Positions 1 to 14,246 of a stretch of 64,000 nucleotides of DNA are shown here, piece after piece; positions within the stretch are counted from its first letter, which is position 1; each line of letters starts with the position of its first letter. This DNA is from Octopus vulgaris (taxonomy: Eukaryota): assembly GCA_951406725.2 (NCBI GenBank), contig OX597815.1, positions 60,698,001 to 60,762,000 on the forward strand, read 5' to 3'. The notes under the pieces are model-generated. The model worked only from the letters and a program-made list of their open reading frames with translations, was not told where the DNA came from and searched no databases. A program made the position numbers and the translations under genes.

Positions 1-170
1 CGAGGACGTGGAACAAATATAGTATTATTGGACGCTCAGGAAGGAAGGGAAGAAGGACGGTTTAACGTTTCGAGCGGAGCTCTTCATCAGAAACATAGGA
101 AAAAGAAAGATCCAGAGAAGGGAAGACGGAGGAAAAATCGCCAACGGTACACACGCGGTCACATTTTGAA
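1..170 (-). mobile_element. Penelope-like element terminal (pLTR-like) fragment carrying a minimal hammerhead motif
   Basis: Same sequence in opposite orientation at ~31720-31935. It resembles the terminus of the PLE at 36823-36980 and contains CTGATGA..GAAAC on the minus strand. Confidence 0.7.
60..94 (-). ncRNA. Minimal type I hammerhead ribozyme motif
   Basis: Minus strand reads gttt-CTGATGA-a-gagc(tcc)gctc-GAAAC-GTT-aaac: stem I gttt/aaac, 4-bp stem II, palindromic ACGT stem III, GUU cleavage triplet. Confidence 0.75.
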
Positions 171-222
171 TATTATATTATATATATATAAACTCACACA
201 CGCACACACACACAAATATATA

Positions 223-1481
223 TAGGGTTGTCCAGAAAGTTCATGCCGATTTATAGTAGCTTACCTTTCGACTTATCTTAGAACATGTTTGACTCCATAA
301 AATAGGATTTGACTACACCTCCATTTAGAGCACAGTTTAAGCTATCTTTTCGTAGAAGGTTTATGTTCCTATAATCTGTGTTAATTCTGTAGCCCTTTAA
401 AATGGAAGATAAGGAAGTTCATTTTTGGCACTTGATGCTTTTCTTTTTCCGTAAAGGGAAAAATGCCTCACAAGCAACCAAAGAAATATGCGCAGTTTAC
501 GGTGATGTTTCTTTATCCTAAAGAACTGTACGGAAGTGGTTCGCAAGGTTCCGAGCTGGAGATTGTAGCCTTATTGATAAAGAGCGATCAGGCAGACCAT
601 CCACTACAGATAATGACCAAATCAAGTCATTACTTGAGAATAACCCACATTGCACAACCCGAGAATTGGAAGAAAGCCTCAACCTATCAAAATCCGTCGT
701 CCATGAGCACCTGGTAAAGCTTGGGTACACAAAACGCTACGATGTTTGGGTACCACATGAGTTGAGTGAGAAGAACTTTTTGGATCGGATTGCCATCTGT
801 GATTGACTTTATAAACGGATTGAAAACGCGCCTTTTTTAAAGCAAATTGTGACAGGTGATGAGAAATGGATTATCTACCGAAATGTTCAAAGAAAGCAAT
901 CCTGGAGTAGCCTTAGCCACCCCAAAAGCGGGTCTTTACCCTAAAAAAATCTTGCTTTGTGTCTGGTGGGATTGGAAAGAAATTCTGTACTTTGAGCTTC
1001 TCCCAAGTAGCCAGACAATTAATTCTGAAAAATACTGCACACAACTGGACGAGTTAAAAGCAGCAATTCAAGAGAAACGTCCAGAATTGGCCAACAGGAA
1101 GAGTGTTGTTGTCCAATATGATAATGCAAGACCGCACGTTTATTTGGGAACCAAATGCTGCAGCTCGGCTGGGAGTGTTACCCCACCCTCCATATTCACC
1201 AGATATTGCTCCTTCGGATTTCCACTTATTCAGGTCACTGCAGAATAGTCTTAATGGTAAAAATTTCAATTTCTTGGATGACGTAAAAAGATACCTTGAT
1301 GAATTCTTTGCCATGAAATCACCTCAATTCTGGGAAGACGGTATTTTCAAGTTAAAGGAAAGATGGAGACGCAGTGTGCAACAAAATGGTTCATATTTGG
1401 TTGATTAAAAATGTAATGGCAAGTATTTATTGACCCTTTTCTTTCCTTTAAAAATCGGCACGAACTTTTCGGACAACCCAA
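223..1481 (+). mobile_element. Mariner DNA transposon, near full length, inactive
   Basis: TIRs tagggttgtccagaaagttcatgccgattt and aaatcggcacgaacttttcggacaacccaa, flanked by TA. Length ~1.26 kb. Confidence 0.95.
402..1408 (+). pseudogene. Mariner transposase (DD34D type), frameshifted
   Basis: Motifs WVPHEL, TGDEKW, VWWDWK, YDNARPH and HPPYSPDIAPSDFHLF, split across frames with a stop. Confidence 0.93.
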
Positions 1482-2499
1482 TATATAAACACACTCATGC
1501 ATTATACACACATACTTATATGTATATACATGTGTGTGTATGTGTATATATATCTATACGTAGAAAATATATATATGCGTGTGAGTTCATATCGGCTTCG
1601 TATACCTGTTCTATAATTATACCTAATATTATGCATATGTGTTTATGCATGTATGTATGTGTGTAGTGTGTACGTGTGTGCGTATGCCTCTATAGACACC
1701 CGGCTGCCACCCATCACGTATATATAAATCAATACCGCTAACGTTGATAAAACATATATCGTTCCACCCCACTGCGTTCACTTTGTTACGCTGCTCATTA
1801 TTAGTCTTAGGTTATTGGTTCATGCCTTGTAAGCGCCCACTCTCAGCCCCTCTCTCTGTCTCTGTCTCTCACTCTTCATTTTTTCCTTATTGCCATTTCT
1901 TTCCTCACCGTCTCCACCCCCTCTTACATACACATTTCTATCTGTTTTCTCTCCTTTTCTTTATGATATTCTCATCCAAACATGCGCTGACATGAATGAG
2001 TGAAATTGTGTTGATATATTGACTTCTAACATTGACTCAACAGTGCCAAAATTAGAGTGGGGTGCTACGTCCGATTACATCGATTGCAGTATTTGACTGG
2101 CACTGATTCTTCATCCTTAATGAAAGATAAAGTCGGGACTTGAGCTCAAAACTTAAAGATACATAACTAAATAATACACTTTGTACGGTGCTCTATCGAT
2201 TCTATAAACTACCACAATCCCAATATTCGTTATATCTAAATTAATAGCAATACCCAAAATTTTGGGGTTGGACATTAATTGATATAATCGATCCCAGTAT
2301 ATGAGTGGTGTTTTATTTTATCGACGCTGAAGGGATGGAAGCCCCAAGTCATATATCTGTATACATACATGCATACACAAACACACACACACATACGTGT
2401 GTGTGTGTATATATAGATACATACGTACGTACATACATATGTACACACAATTAGGAACACACTCACTCTCACGCACATATATGTTCATATATATGAATT

Positions 2500-3726
2500 A
2501 GAAAATGAATGTTTATATTATGGTAACTTTGGACTGAAAATAACAAATATATTGTGAAAGAGACGTTGATTGCTTCAATTCTTGATTACAAAAGATGCTA
2601 ATGATGACATAATATTTAAGATCCGTTTGTATTCCGACAGAAATTATTAGTGCTTTAATATTTGATGTGTAAACTAATGTTCATGTGATGATAATTTCAT
2701 ATTCAGTATTCCATATATTTCCCAATAAAGTATGGAGTCTTTTAATTTATGATAAGAAGATTAATGTTGATATGCTGAAAGTATTGGATTTAAGGTTCCA
2801 TACATATATATAATCCGAGGTATTCAGTAGATTCATTTACGATTATAAAATTAATTATGCGATGATACCATTGGCCTAAAGTTCGCATACATAATCGGAA
2901 AATATGCTGAGTGTTTTAATTTATAGAATGCTCATGTGATAATGAGAATTATATTTAAGATTCCGACAATGATTTTAGTATTTTTATTTTTTATTAGATA
3001 ATGAATGATTATGTAATGGCATCTTTTGATTTTATGTTCCATATATAACCTGAAATTATGTTGAGTGTTTTAATTTATGATAGATGTATGTTTATTTGAT
3101 GATACCATAGTGTGCCAAATTTATTTCGGAGTGGATGAGTGGAAATTTATGACTAAAAAGATATTTATATGATAACACCCTTGGATTTAAGATTACATAT
3201 ATATCGTGAGAGAGATGTTTCATTTTAAGACTACAAAAGGAATGTTTATGTGATGATAATATTTAATTTAAGATTGCGCATAATATCATGATTCCTTCGT
3301 ATTTATAATTCCAAAAATATTCCAAAATATGGGTTGATTGTTTTGTCATTAAGAAATATATGTATATGTAATGATGCCTTTGAATTGAAGATTCTAAATA
3401 TATACTGAAAGAGATGTCGTGTGTTCTCATTTATCATTACAAAATGGACTCTTAATTTGGATTTAAGAATCCATAGATATATATTCAGAAACTAATGTTG
3501 AGTGGCTTAATTTATGATTAGAAAACGAATGATTATGTGATAATATCATTGAATTTCTAATTCCAAATATATTCTGAATCTCTCCTTGTTTTTTTCTGTG
3601 TCCCTTTTTGTAGAAGAGCGTAGGCTCGAAACGTAAAATACTTTTTCTATTCCTGAGTGTTATACTAATACATCTGTTTGTTTTGTACACCACTTGTCTT
3701 CGTCTTTTGTTTTTTTCGTAAACTCT

Positions 3727-3768
<42 letters not shown>

Positions 3769-3870
3769 CTCGACAGAGATACTGAAAGTTAATTTTTTTT
3801 TTTTGTAAATTAATATTTGGAGTTAAGATTACATATATATTCCGAAAGAGATGTTATGTGTCTGTAAAGG
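2500..3870. repeat. Degenerate AT-rich tandem repeat, ~75-90 bp unit, interrupted by a PLE tip at ~3590-3765
   Basis: Recurrent aatgtt(c/t)atgtgat...gatttaagattcc...atgttgagtgttttaatttatgat blocks at about 2508, 2676, 2762, 2927, 3003, 3241 and 3527. Confidence 0.65.
3590..3731 (+). mobile_element. 3' tip of the Penelope-like family at 36823-38860, with variant hammerhead (3604-3639)
   Basis: Reverse complement of 36823-36975; ends actctccc followed by (TA)n. Confidence 0.85.
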
Positions 3871-3949
3871 AATTTGGCAAGCTTAGTAAATATAAGGACC
3901 TGAAAATTAAAATATAAAAGATATGGCATCTTAAAGCAAATCTGTTCCT

Positions 3950-4092
3950 GTTGTTGTAAGCGTTCTAAATGTGATAAAAAAGGAGTGTCTGGAACATCTA
4001 GACAACATCCCAGAAGAACCATATCTCAAAGTAATCCAAAAGATAGTGCTGACAAGTACCTCCACATCCTTAGTAAAACCCTATCAGTTTAA
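3950..4092 (+). mobile_element. Short 3' ORF fragment of an R4/Dong-like LINE
   Basis: Encodes a segment like LKVIQKIVLTST.HILSKTLSV*, resembling the C-terminus of restriction-like-endonuclease LINEs. Confidence 0.45.
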
Positions 4093-4399
4093 ATATTTGT
4101 GTTGTATTATCTGAATGTATTTTTGTACTACCCTTCTCAAGCTTTCACTTATCCTTCAACATTTCTTAAGTACTACTTGCCCTAGGGCGCTAGCTGTGTC
4201 TCTGCAAGTGATCGCATAAAGCATGCAGATTAAAAGACAAATGTGTCACCGCAACACCAAAATTCACATGAGTGAAAATGTCAAATACGAAGATATAAAA
4301 CAATGAAGTGAACGAGACTGGCGCAAAAAAACTGTACACGAAGGTAGGTGTGGATACTCAGAGCCTTGGCTAGTAATCCAACTAGTGATGGTGTCATGA

Positions 4400-7300
4400 T
4401 GAAAATACTGGTGATTGCACAATCTTACAAATGCTACCTCTAAATGAACGATGTTAACATTAAATAATGACCACCACTGCGCTAAAGGGGCTGAAATCTT
4501 TAATAGTGAAGGTATCGCGCACAGCAAGCAGGGAGTGTCTGGTCGAGCTCCATTAGGTCGCCATCAAGCTATTGATCAGGACCAAAATCGCAGCCAAAAG
4601 TGCAAAAGAAAAATAATGAAATGGGAAAAATGATGTAAACAAAATAATAATGGAAAGCTGGCTGAGAAGTGAGCCAAATAAAAGAAGCTTCGTGTATCGA
4701 ATGAAGAGAATAAGGGATGAAAAATATGCCCAACTACTGATAGACCAAGCAAGAGCAATCTGTGAGAACGACTGGATTACGGGAGTAGTGACTGAAGAAA
4801 TTCAGAGAAAGATAAAAAAAAAAGAGCAGAAAGAGAGTGAAACAGCAGTAGTAGTAAACAGTAATGAAGTGGTTAGAGATGAATAATATGACATAGAGGG
4901 AAACTGCAGAGTACCAGTGAATACTAACAAAGTAACTAATGAAGACGATCTAGATGGACAAGTGACAGTGAGTACAATATTAGAATGATGAAGAGAAGGA
5001 GATTTTAGAAATGTTGTTTGGAAAAATGTCAGATGTGAACAATAGGAACCGATGGAAACAATGAAGAACCAGCAGATATAAGATATATGGACAGAAAAAG
5101 GCAAGGGGAGGCATAGGAAAAGTAAATGACGTTTGAAGCTTGATTGAAATAGAAAACATCAGTGAAACAAACCAGCTAATCATAGCTGCTGCTAATGTCG
5201 TAGCTAACATAGCAGGCTACAAGCGAAAAACTGAAGATATAAAAGCAAATGAAAAGAAAGAACCAAACTGAAGGAAGAGAATACGAATGAAACTGGAAAA
5301 GACACGGAAAGAACTGGGCAATTGAACAGGATAATGAGAGGAAAGCTCAAGAATAAGGGAGTAATCAGAAACTTGAATGGACAGTATAGGTTAGAAGAAA
5401 GGGGAAAACAAACATTAGACAAGAATTGACATAAAAGGTGACAGCATTGAAGAACAAATTGAAAAGATATGATGCTAGATGTAAAGGCTTTGAACAGAAT
5501 AGACTATTCTAATCACATAGAAGGCGTCTATTTGAGAAAATAGAGGGAAGCCAACACCAGGAACTGATTCCAGCTGCGGAAGAAAGTAAACCTTGGGGAG
5601 GGCTGTGGAACAGGCCGGCGAGACATAAAGAAAGCGCGGAGTGGCTAACAAAGGTGGAAAGACAATTTGAAACAGTACCAAGACAAAAGGACGTCTGAAT
5701 TAACCTATATACAATGAGACAGAAGTTAAACAATATAGCAAGTTGGAAAGGACCAGGCCCGGATGGAGTACAAGGCTATTGGCTGAAGAACTTTAAACAG
5801 TTACATAAAGGATGCAAGAAACAAAATAGGGCAACAAAAGGTCACTTATTAGAAGTTGTAGAGGCAGATTGATGGGACTGAATATAGCATGGCTAAATTA
5901 CAAAAAAGCTTGACATAGTACTACACAGTTAGATAAGTAAAACAATGAGCATATCTGGAATAGCAAAAAAAAAAAACGGGGAGAAAATGTTTCGTGAAAG
6001 TATGAAACATTGGAATACTGGATTGATCGGAGAAAAGCAAAAACCCAGAAAAGTGTACATCAGACGTGGAATATTCCAAGGTGATAGCTTATCTTCATTA
6101 CTGTTCGTATTGGACTATCACGCCGCTCACTATGATGCTAGGAAAAGATTTGGGAAAAGGAAAAGGTCAGATAAATCATGGATGATATAAAGGTTTATGC
6201 GAAAAATGAGAAACAGCTTGAAATTTCTGTACCTACAATTTGCATTTCCTCAAATGATGGGGGTATGGAATTTGGGATAGAAAAATGCGCTGTATTGATA
6301 ATAAAATAAGGCAGATTTGAAAGAAGCCAGGGAATTGAAATGCCAAATGGGCAAACAATGAGAGTGGTTGAGAAAGGACAGTGGTATAAGAACTTGGGAA
6401 TACTGGAAGCAAAGGAAATGAAAAATAAATAAATGAAACAAATTAGCAGTAGGGAGTACACAAGGAGTGTAAGAAAATTATTGCAGTAAAAGCTGAATTC
6501 AAAAGATCTTATTGAATTAATAAATTCAAGAGCAGTACTCTTCATCAGATATAGAGCTGGAATTGTAGACTGGACCAGAAACGATATAAAGAAAATTGAC
6601 AGAAAAACTAGAAAGTTGTTGACAATGTATGGAGCTCACCATCCGAAAGCTGATATCAACCGGCTGTACTTGAGGCGAGACCAGGGTGGAAGTGTCTTAA
6701 TAGCAGCAGACGAATGTGTACAGTTTGAAAGATAAAGCCTAGTAGAATATTTACAGAGCAGCTCATAAAAACTACTAAAGACAGTGAATAAAAAACAGGT
6801 GATGAAACGCATAATAGGAGAAAAGAACAAGAATGAAATACAAAGAGAGCACGTCAGACAGATTAAAGAGAAACCACTGCATGGCCAATTTTAGAGAGCC
6901 ACTGATAACATATGTGGAACAAAATCCTGGGCTTGATTAAAAAAGGGTAGTTAAAAATAGAAACAGAAAGCCTAATTGAGGCAGCCCAAGATCAAGCGAT
7001 AAAAACAAATAACTTGAGAAAAATATATGTGGAGAGAATGTGTCAGAAAAATGTAGAGCCTGTGGAACTTGGAACGAGAGAGTGGCACACATTGTGGTAG
7101 AATGCCCCAAATTGGCACAGTAAGTATATAAAAAATGGAAGCACGACAAGGCTGTTGAGGTTTTACATAGGAAACTGTGCCAGAAACGGGGATTTGAAGC
7201 TGTAAACAGAAGTTAGAAGTTGGAAGATAATAGTCCGGACACAACAATTATAGATAAAGGAACGCGAAGTTGCTTATTAATCGATCCATCGTGCCCAGTT

Positions 7301-7660
7301 GATTCCAGGATCGTAATGAAAGAGGACGAAAAGCAAGAATACAATACAATCTCTTAAAATTTAAAATAGGAAGAATTTGGAGCATGAGAACTGTAAAGGT
7401 CGTACCTATAATAACTGGGATGTTGGGGACAGTAAGTAAATGTATAAACAAATGGCTGAAAGAGATTGGAATAGGATTCCTTGTAGAACTCCTACGGAAA
7501 CTTTGGCTCTTAGGGACAGAAAAGGTTATCAGGAGAGTTTTAAGCACTAGAAAGACAGCTGAAAACTTGTGGATACATAACGTTACAAGTAGTAACCCGC
7601 TACCCACATAAATGCTACTAGGAATGAGACCGAACCTGACTCAAACCAAATACTGATAAT
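4400..7660 (+). mobile_element. R4/Dong-type non-LTR retrotransposon (RT plus restriction-like endonuclease), degenerate
   Basis: RRGIFQGDSLS, MDDIKVYAK, KCAVL, YKNLGILE, CRAC..HIVVEC zinc knuckle, PDTTIID and VVPIITGMLG, with many stops and frameshifts. Ends in (TAA)n. Confidence 0.85.
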
Positions 7661-7667
7661 AATGATG

Positions 7668-7729
<62 letters not shown>

Positions 7730-7934
7730 CCCTTTTACTATAGGTACAAGGCCTGAAATTTTGGGGGAAGGGGCTAATCACTGGAACGCAATTTATCAAT
7801 TCCCCCTCCGAAAGGATGAAAGTCAAAGTCGACCTCGGCGGAATTTGAACTCAGAACGTAGCGGCAGACGAAATACCGCTAGGCATTTCGCCCGGCGTGC
7901 TAACGTTTCTGCCAGCTCGCCAATAATAATGCTA

Positions 7935-7987
<53 letters not shown>

Positions 7988-8006
7988 CATTATTATTATC
8001 ATTATT

Positions 8007-8087
<81 letters not shown>

Positions 8088-8109
8088 ATCATTATTATTA
8101 TTATTATTA

Positions 8110-8141
<32 letters not shown>
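7657..8141. repeat. Compound (TAA)n/(TGA)n/(ATT)n microsatellites flanking a SINE
   Basis: Directly visible; source of the poly-I/N/M ORFs. Confidence 0.95.
7730..7921 (-). mobile_element. SINE family B (ggcgagctggcagaa.. head)
   Basis: B-box-like gagttcaaattcc; homologous copies at 14055, 29021 and 47849. Confidence 0.85.
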
Positions 8142-8509
8142 GTTACAAAGAACGATGAACAGATAACCATGCATACTATGAGACGGTTGATTTATAATTT
8201 ACATACACTACTGTGCAACACTTCTCTATAAGAATACGGGAATAAACTCATACAGTAAATACACAATAAATTGAACAAAGCCCATAACGTGTATTATAGA
8301 AGTCCGATACCCAAAAGAAAATCACAACCTGCACTGCACGAACAGCTCACAATAAAAAACTAATACAACGAAAGACTCAAACCAAACCCCATAACGAAAC
8401 ATACTGATGCGATACAAAATTCCTCAAAGTAAAAAAGAAAAAGCAGAAAAATGAAACACACACCTTACCAGTACAAAAGTGCAGCAAGTGATACAATAGA
8501 AAGTTACTT

Positions 8510-10968
8510 GAAACTATCAAATGTCGAAAAATTATAGTGGTGATGACGGTCATACTGAACTTTACCTTACCTCAGTTTATGAGAGACAAGAGTTTGCCAA
8601 GAAACTGTGGTGTAGCAGCGAAAATGAGGTTGGACCTTTAAGAGAAGGCCTCTCGTTCGGCAATGGTTCAGTAAAGATGCAGAGTGACCAGAGCTGTTAC
8701 CCTAAGACAGCATCAGTAGATAATAGAATAAGGAGCAGGAAGTGGAAAACAAAGAAAACAGGATAGTGATGCAGTGCTACTTAGAAAGTGAACCTAAAAG
8801 AAGAGTTGAATGTTAACAGTTTGGGTAGAGAAGGGTATGTTTAAAGTGACTGAGTAGAGACTAGTAGATCAAGCTAATGCTATTAAGAGAAGAAATAGGA
8901 TGACATAATTGGAGGTGGAAGAGATCACAAGGGAACTGGGAAAGAAAGATCATGTAGTAGGAAAGACAAACAACAACATAAGAGATACAACTCAAACCAA
9001 AGAAGCTAAACAAAAAAGATAATATTAGCACTACCAATAAGGAAGGGACACTGGCACCAGCGATTTAAGTGATTTAAGTGAGGAAGATCAGAATATTTTA
9101 GATGAGTCGCAGGAATTAAAGAGTAAAGAAGTAAGAAAAGATAGCCAGTATTAAATGGTGCCGGCAAAGAAGCTGGTATAAATGACTAGGAAAGTAGATT
9201 CTGTTATCAGATCCTAAAAATATAGGAAACACTAATTTATAGATCTATGCAGGAGGGGTAGTTGTCACTAGAAGATTAGATATTCCACAAGGACAAATTC
9301 GAAAAGTGCAAATATGGAAAAGGAGACTACAAAACTTGTTTTAAGCGAAACTTGTCTTCAAGTGAAAACTTTTAGACAAGATCTGAGTAGAACAGAAAAA
9401 AAACAAGTTAGGAAAGACAAGATTTAAATCTCTTGACAAAAAATACTTAGTCAAAGAGAAAGGATTTGGGACAGTCACAGTAGAGTTGAAACAGTGAACT
9501 ATAGCAGTCGCATGTTGGCTTTCCAGATATCAGAAAAAAATAGATCAGTATCAACAGAATAGATTATTTGAGGCAGACCAGAAGAGATTTTATAACCAAA
9601 TGAGGGAGAAGAAAGTACTGAAGATGAGAAGTCTAATGCAGAAGAAGCTAGAAAGTTCTGGAGTAATATTTGGGATAAGCCAGTCAATCATAAGGGAGAT
9701 GCATTGTGGTTAAACAAAGTGAGAAGTAGTCAGTGAGAAGTAGACAGATCTAAGATTAACTGGTGCATTAATGAATACAGTGTTAGGGAAAATGTCGAAT
9801 TGGAAGGGCCCAGAACCAGAGTTAGTTCAAGTGGCCTGACATTAAAGTCATTATAATAAGGAGAGTTATAAGTATCTAGGAATATTAAAATCTGACAGAG
9901 TATTAACTATAGAAATGAAAACGAAAATTGAGAAGGAGTACATCAGAAGAGTAAGGAAGCTAATGAAATCAAAGCTAGATGGTCTGAATCTAGTGAAGGC
10001 TGTAAAACTGCGTGTAGTAAGCTAGAGTATACATAGACTTCTATGTAGGTAATAGTGAAGAAAGTTTATTAAGAGTCACAGTAAGACATAGGGAAATCAA
10101 AAAGCCAAATCAAGTTATAAACCAGAAAAAGGAACAAAACTTATCTGACTGGCAGGAGATGGCTTTGCATGGTAGGTTCCTAAAGATGTTTGCAGCAAAT
10201 AGTAGTAGTGAGACATGGTTATGTTTCCAGAAAAGTGAAAGGGGAGACAGAAAGTTTTTAGTAGTAGCACAAGATCAAGAATTAAGGACTAATTGGATAA
10301 ACATTTGGATAAACAAGATAGGCAAAAACCAAGTAGATTCCCAATGTAGTTTATGCAAACCAAATGAGGAAAGTGTTACTCATATAGTAAGTGAATGTAG
10401 CATGCTGGCACAGAAATAATACAAAAATGATATGAGAACCCAGGGAGCGTAATCCACTGGGATTTTTTAAAACGCTAGGATTTGACCATACAGATAAATG
10501 GTATGAACATGAATCTTGTAAAGTACTAGAAAGCAAAAGTATAAAATGCTGTGGAACTTTAACATTCAGACTGAGTAATAGAAGCTAGAAGGCCTGATTC
10601 GGTAGTAGTAGACAGAAAATAGAAAGTGCCAGATAATTCAATATGAGAAGTATAGAAAAAATAGCTAAGTAGCAGGACCTAGCCATTGAAATACAGTGAC
10701 TATGTATCATAGTAAAATGTATCATAGTAAAATGTATCATAGTAGTTATAGGTGCATTAGGAACTATTCCTTAAGATTTGAACAAATGGATAGAGGAAAT
10801 ATGCGTAAAACCCACAGCTCCAGAAAACAGTATTATTAGTGACAACTACGATACTTAGGAGGGTTCTTGGCATCTAAGGTTACTTGTTCTAGAATGATGT
10901 TAGGAATTTTTCTTTTCCAACAGTCTAATCTCTTGTGTGTATATGAACTATAATAATAGTAATAATAA
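8510..10968 (+). mobile_element. Second R4/Dong-type LINE, internally deleted and degenerate
   Basis: KW-containing N-terminal block, NWKGPEP, YKYLGIL, LHGRF, AQDQEL, CSLC..HIVSEC, RRPD and IGALG motifs, with a (TAA)n-like tail. Confidence 0.8.
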
Positions 10969-10969
10969 G

Positions 10970-13900
10970 AAGTTATTTTATCAGCCACTGAGGCATAGAT
11001 GAAGTGAAAATAATAACACTCAACAACATGTGTGAGGAGAAAGAAATGGAAAAGACAGGGAAACGCGATAAAGGTATACATAGTATACGAAGTGTGTAAT
11101 AACATGAGTGATGCAGTCCTCCAGATACAGGAGAAATTCAAATTAGGATCAACCAAGGAACCCCACAGATCCAAGATAACCCTGATCATCGAAGGTACAA
11201 GTCCTTTCCCAACTGTTGCTCTCCACCAATCTATAGGCGCATACTTAGAGTAGGGCCATTCTCCCTAACTTCTTTAGTCATAGTCGCCCATCTTTTCACA
11301 AATTCATGTGAAGTAGCACTTCCCTCTCCACCCTCACTTTTCTTTCTAAGTGGAACTTTGAAAAGTTATTGAGGGCTTGACCTAAGAAGGTGTCTTTCCT
11401 TGATCGTTTTAGCCTCGTCCACCACAAAATCTTTTTTACCATAGCCATTAGACAGAGGAACCCGCCTGCCCTTCCTTATTAAAGGTGAGTGGTGGACAAT
11501 CCTTATGATGGATTCGACAGATAGGCGGATTCGTTCCGCATGCAATATCAACTGTTGGACGTAACTCTAAAACTCCGCAATACTCGAACACTGCATAAGT
11601 GTGTGCAGAATGGTTTCATCGTTCTTCACTCATCTTGGACTGCTTGACAATGTTTGACAATGCTAGTTCTTGAGAAGTACTGCTTCTCATGTACTGCTTG
11701 ACAATGCTGGTTCATCCTGGTCGATGCCAAGAGTTTCCTTGAGAACATCATCGCTCTTAACCACCACTAGATTTCGATATATTTCTACCGTAGTACATCC
11801 ACCAACCGCATTGTCAGACTAGTAGTGAGCAGTGAGCAACTGACGACATTCCAAATGCCATGCTCCCAATCTGGTCTTTTCATGACCCATCATTGCAGCT
11901 CCGTCAATGAGATGAGCTGCTGAAATGCGTGTGCTGCAAATGGAAACCACACTGGCTCACCGTCCAGGAAAATCTGTAAGTGGTGTTACCGCAGTGCATG
12001 TTTGTGTATTAGCAACTATGGCATGCCAGTTTTGCCTTCAAGATGGCACTGGTATGACTAATCAATGAAACACATCCTTGCCACAGGAAGTGGAAAAGTA
12101 AATGCTCCTTTTCGGCCGAGCGTGAGCTGCAGTAAGGTACAACAGTCAGGTGATAAGTTTTTAAGGAGGCGATATAAGTATTGTCAACCTCTGCTCGACC
12201 TTTCAGGGATGATTTTCTCGTAGCTCATTTCTGAGTGAGACCGGCCAACCTGCTTGAAACCTTATCTCAGTTCTTATCCACCTGGAAACCCGGTCCAAAC
12301 TAAACCCCAAGCAATTTCACCGGTCTGTCTGTCCATCGACTTAATGTGCTGTTCGTTGGCATAGACTTCTTTCTCCAGTTGCCGAGTCGCAAGCCTACCG
12401 ATTTGTTCGGATTTAACTAACTCCTATCATTGCCTCGTATTCCTTTAAAATGGATTCGACTACTTGAACATCCGTGGTGTATGTCACCATTACGGTGACG
12501 TCATCTACATACGCGAACACAGCTCCCTGCATTCCATTTCGAAAAGGATGTCCCTCGGGAGTTCTAGCTTATGCAGCAAAGGCTCGATTTCTAGAACGTA
12601 GAGGAGAGAAAAGAGAAGAGGGCCCTGACGGATCGAGTGCGTGATATTAAACTGTTCCGAATGGTGAACGTTTACTTTGACCACCGAGTAAGCACCGCTG
12701 TGCATTGCTGTGATCCAGCCACTGACACTTTTACCAGACTCTTTTAGAACTGCTGCCAAGTAGCGATGATTGAACCTGTCGAACACTTTTGATTGATGCA
12801 AATTGATCAGAGCTCCACCGATGCCAGATTTTTTTACCATTCTCTCTATGATGTGATGCATGAAGAGGAGGATGTCATAGATGGACCTATTAGTGATTGC
12901 ACACGTTTGAACTTCTCCGACCAAACCATCTACCACAAGCCCCAACCTCTTTGCCAACACCTTGGCCATAATTTTAAACTCTGCATTTAGCAGGGTTTAT
13001 GGGTCAGAAATTGTTCATAATATCTTCTGTATTGGCGTCCTTTCTCCGAAATGTTAGCACACCCCTGCTCAGAGAACTAAGACTTCTTCTGCCTTGCTGT
13101 CAATTGCGGTAGAAGTTTGTGAAGAGCTCACCAAACAGCTCTGTCATATAACCATAAAACTCATAGAGAAAACCATCCAAACCGGACGATTTGTCCCACT
13201 CAAGACTTTGCGTATCTCATTTGCTGTTATTGGCCTTTCGCAGTGCCTTGTCGCTTCTTTCGAGAGTCACGGCAGACTATCGAGGTAAGCACAAAAGTCC
13301 ATAATTCTGTGTGATTTATCACTTTCTCTGAAGATTTGAGCAAATGCTGTTGGGAAGACTGACTTGTGACTTCGTTGCCACGTCGCGCTTTCACCACCCA
13401 AGCCCATCAAACGGCTGTCGTTCTTTCTTGTATTTCGCATTGAAGAAATGGTCGGAGTCCATTCTTACTGCTATCACATTGGTTGCAATGCCATTTCTAA
13501 TTGCCTTTTCTAGTTTATTAACTAACTCCTCTAATCTATTTTTCTCTATCATATGCTCTTTACCAAATGCTATTGACTCGTCAATAGTCTTTTCGCTTCA
13601 GGAAAGACGCCGGGTCCCTGTCTATGGATACTATCTAAGATGACTGTGAATTTCACAAATTGGCGATCCGATTAAAGTATCCCTGTCAGCTAACCTAACG
13701 AATACTTTATCTTAATACGATTTGTAAGATCCATCGTGGTTGTCAAGTCCACATTGACACGTTAGGGGAAATCCAGTCAGTGCCTGTCAGGCAGTTGGAA
13801 ACGTCTGAGCATGTTTTCAAGGCGTTTGTATTCCTTTCTATGGGTTAACCCCGCACAATTCCATTCCAATCTACTCTTAGTACTAAAGAGCGTCTAAAAA
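10970..13900 (-). mobile_element. Tx1/L1-clade LINE ORF2 relic (APE-RT-C-terminal) with 3' UTR
   Basis: ORF 12505-12969: AKVLAKRL, QTCAI, INLHQSKVFDRFNH, SIRQG..LLYVL..EPLL. A DWN endonuclease-like motif lies near 13860, and the C-terminus is homologous to 32030-32400. Confidence 0.85.
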
Positions 13901-14054
13901 TGTCTGGCCATCTTGTCTCACTGAGTGCATAGATGGCATCTAGTTTGAATGCTTCGCCTTTACTGTCACTCACATTTAGTACCACCGACTTACCTGTTGG
14001 ATTCAGGAAAATTGTTTGTACCTCTAAACTTAAATAACAGTTTCAAATTTTTGC

Positions 14055-14246
14055 ACGAGGCCAGTAATTGCGAAGTTGGGTATAAGTCATTTACATCGAC
14101 CCCAATGATCAACCGGTACTTATTTTGTCGACCCCAAAATGATGAAGGGTAAAGTCGACTCCAGCGGAATTTGAACTTCAGAACGCAAAGACAGACGAAA
14201 TGCCACTAAGCATTTTGCTCGGCGTGCTAACGATTCTACCAGCCTT
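14055..14246 (-). mobile_element. SINE family B, diverged copy
   Basis: Similar to 7730-7921. Confidence 0.75.
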
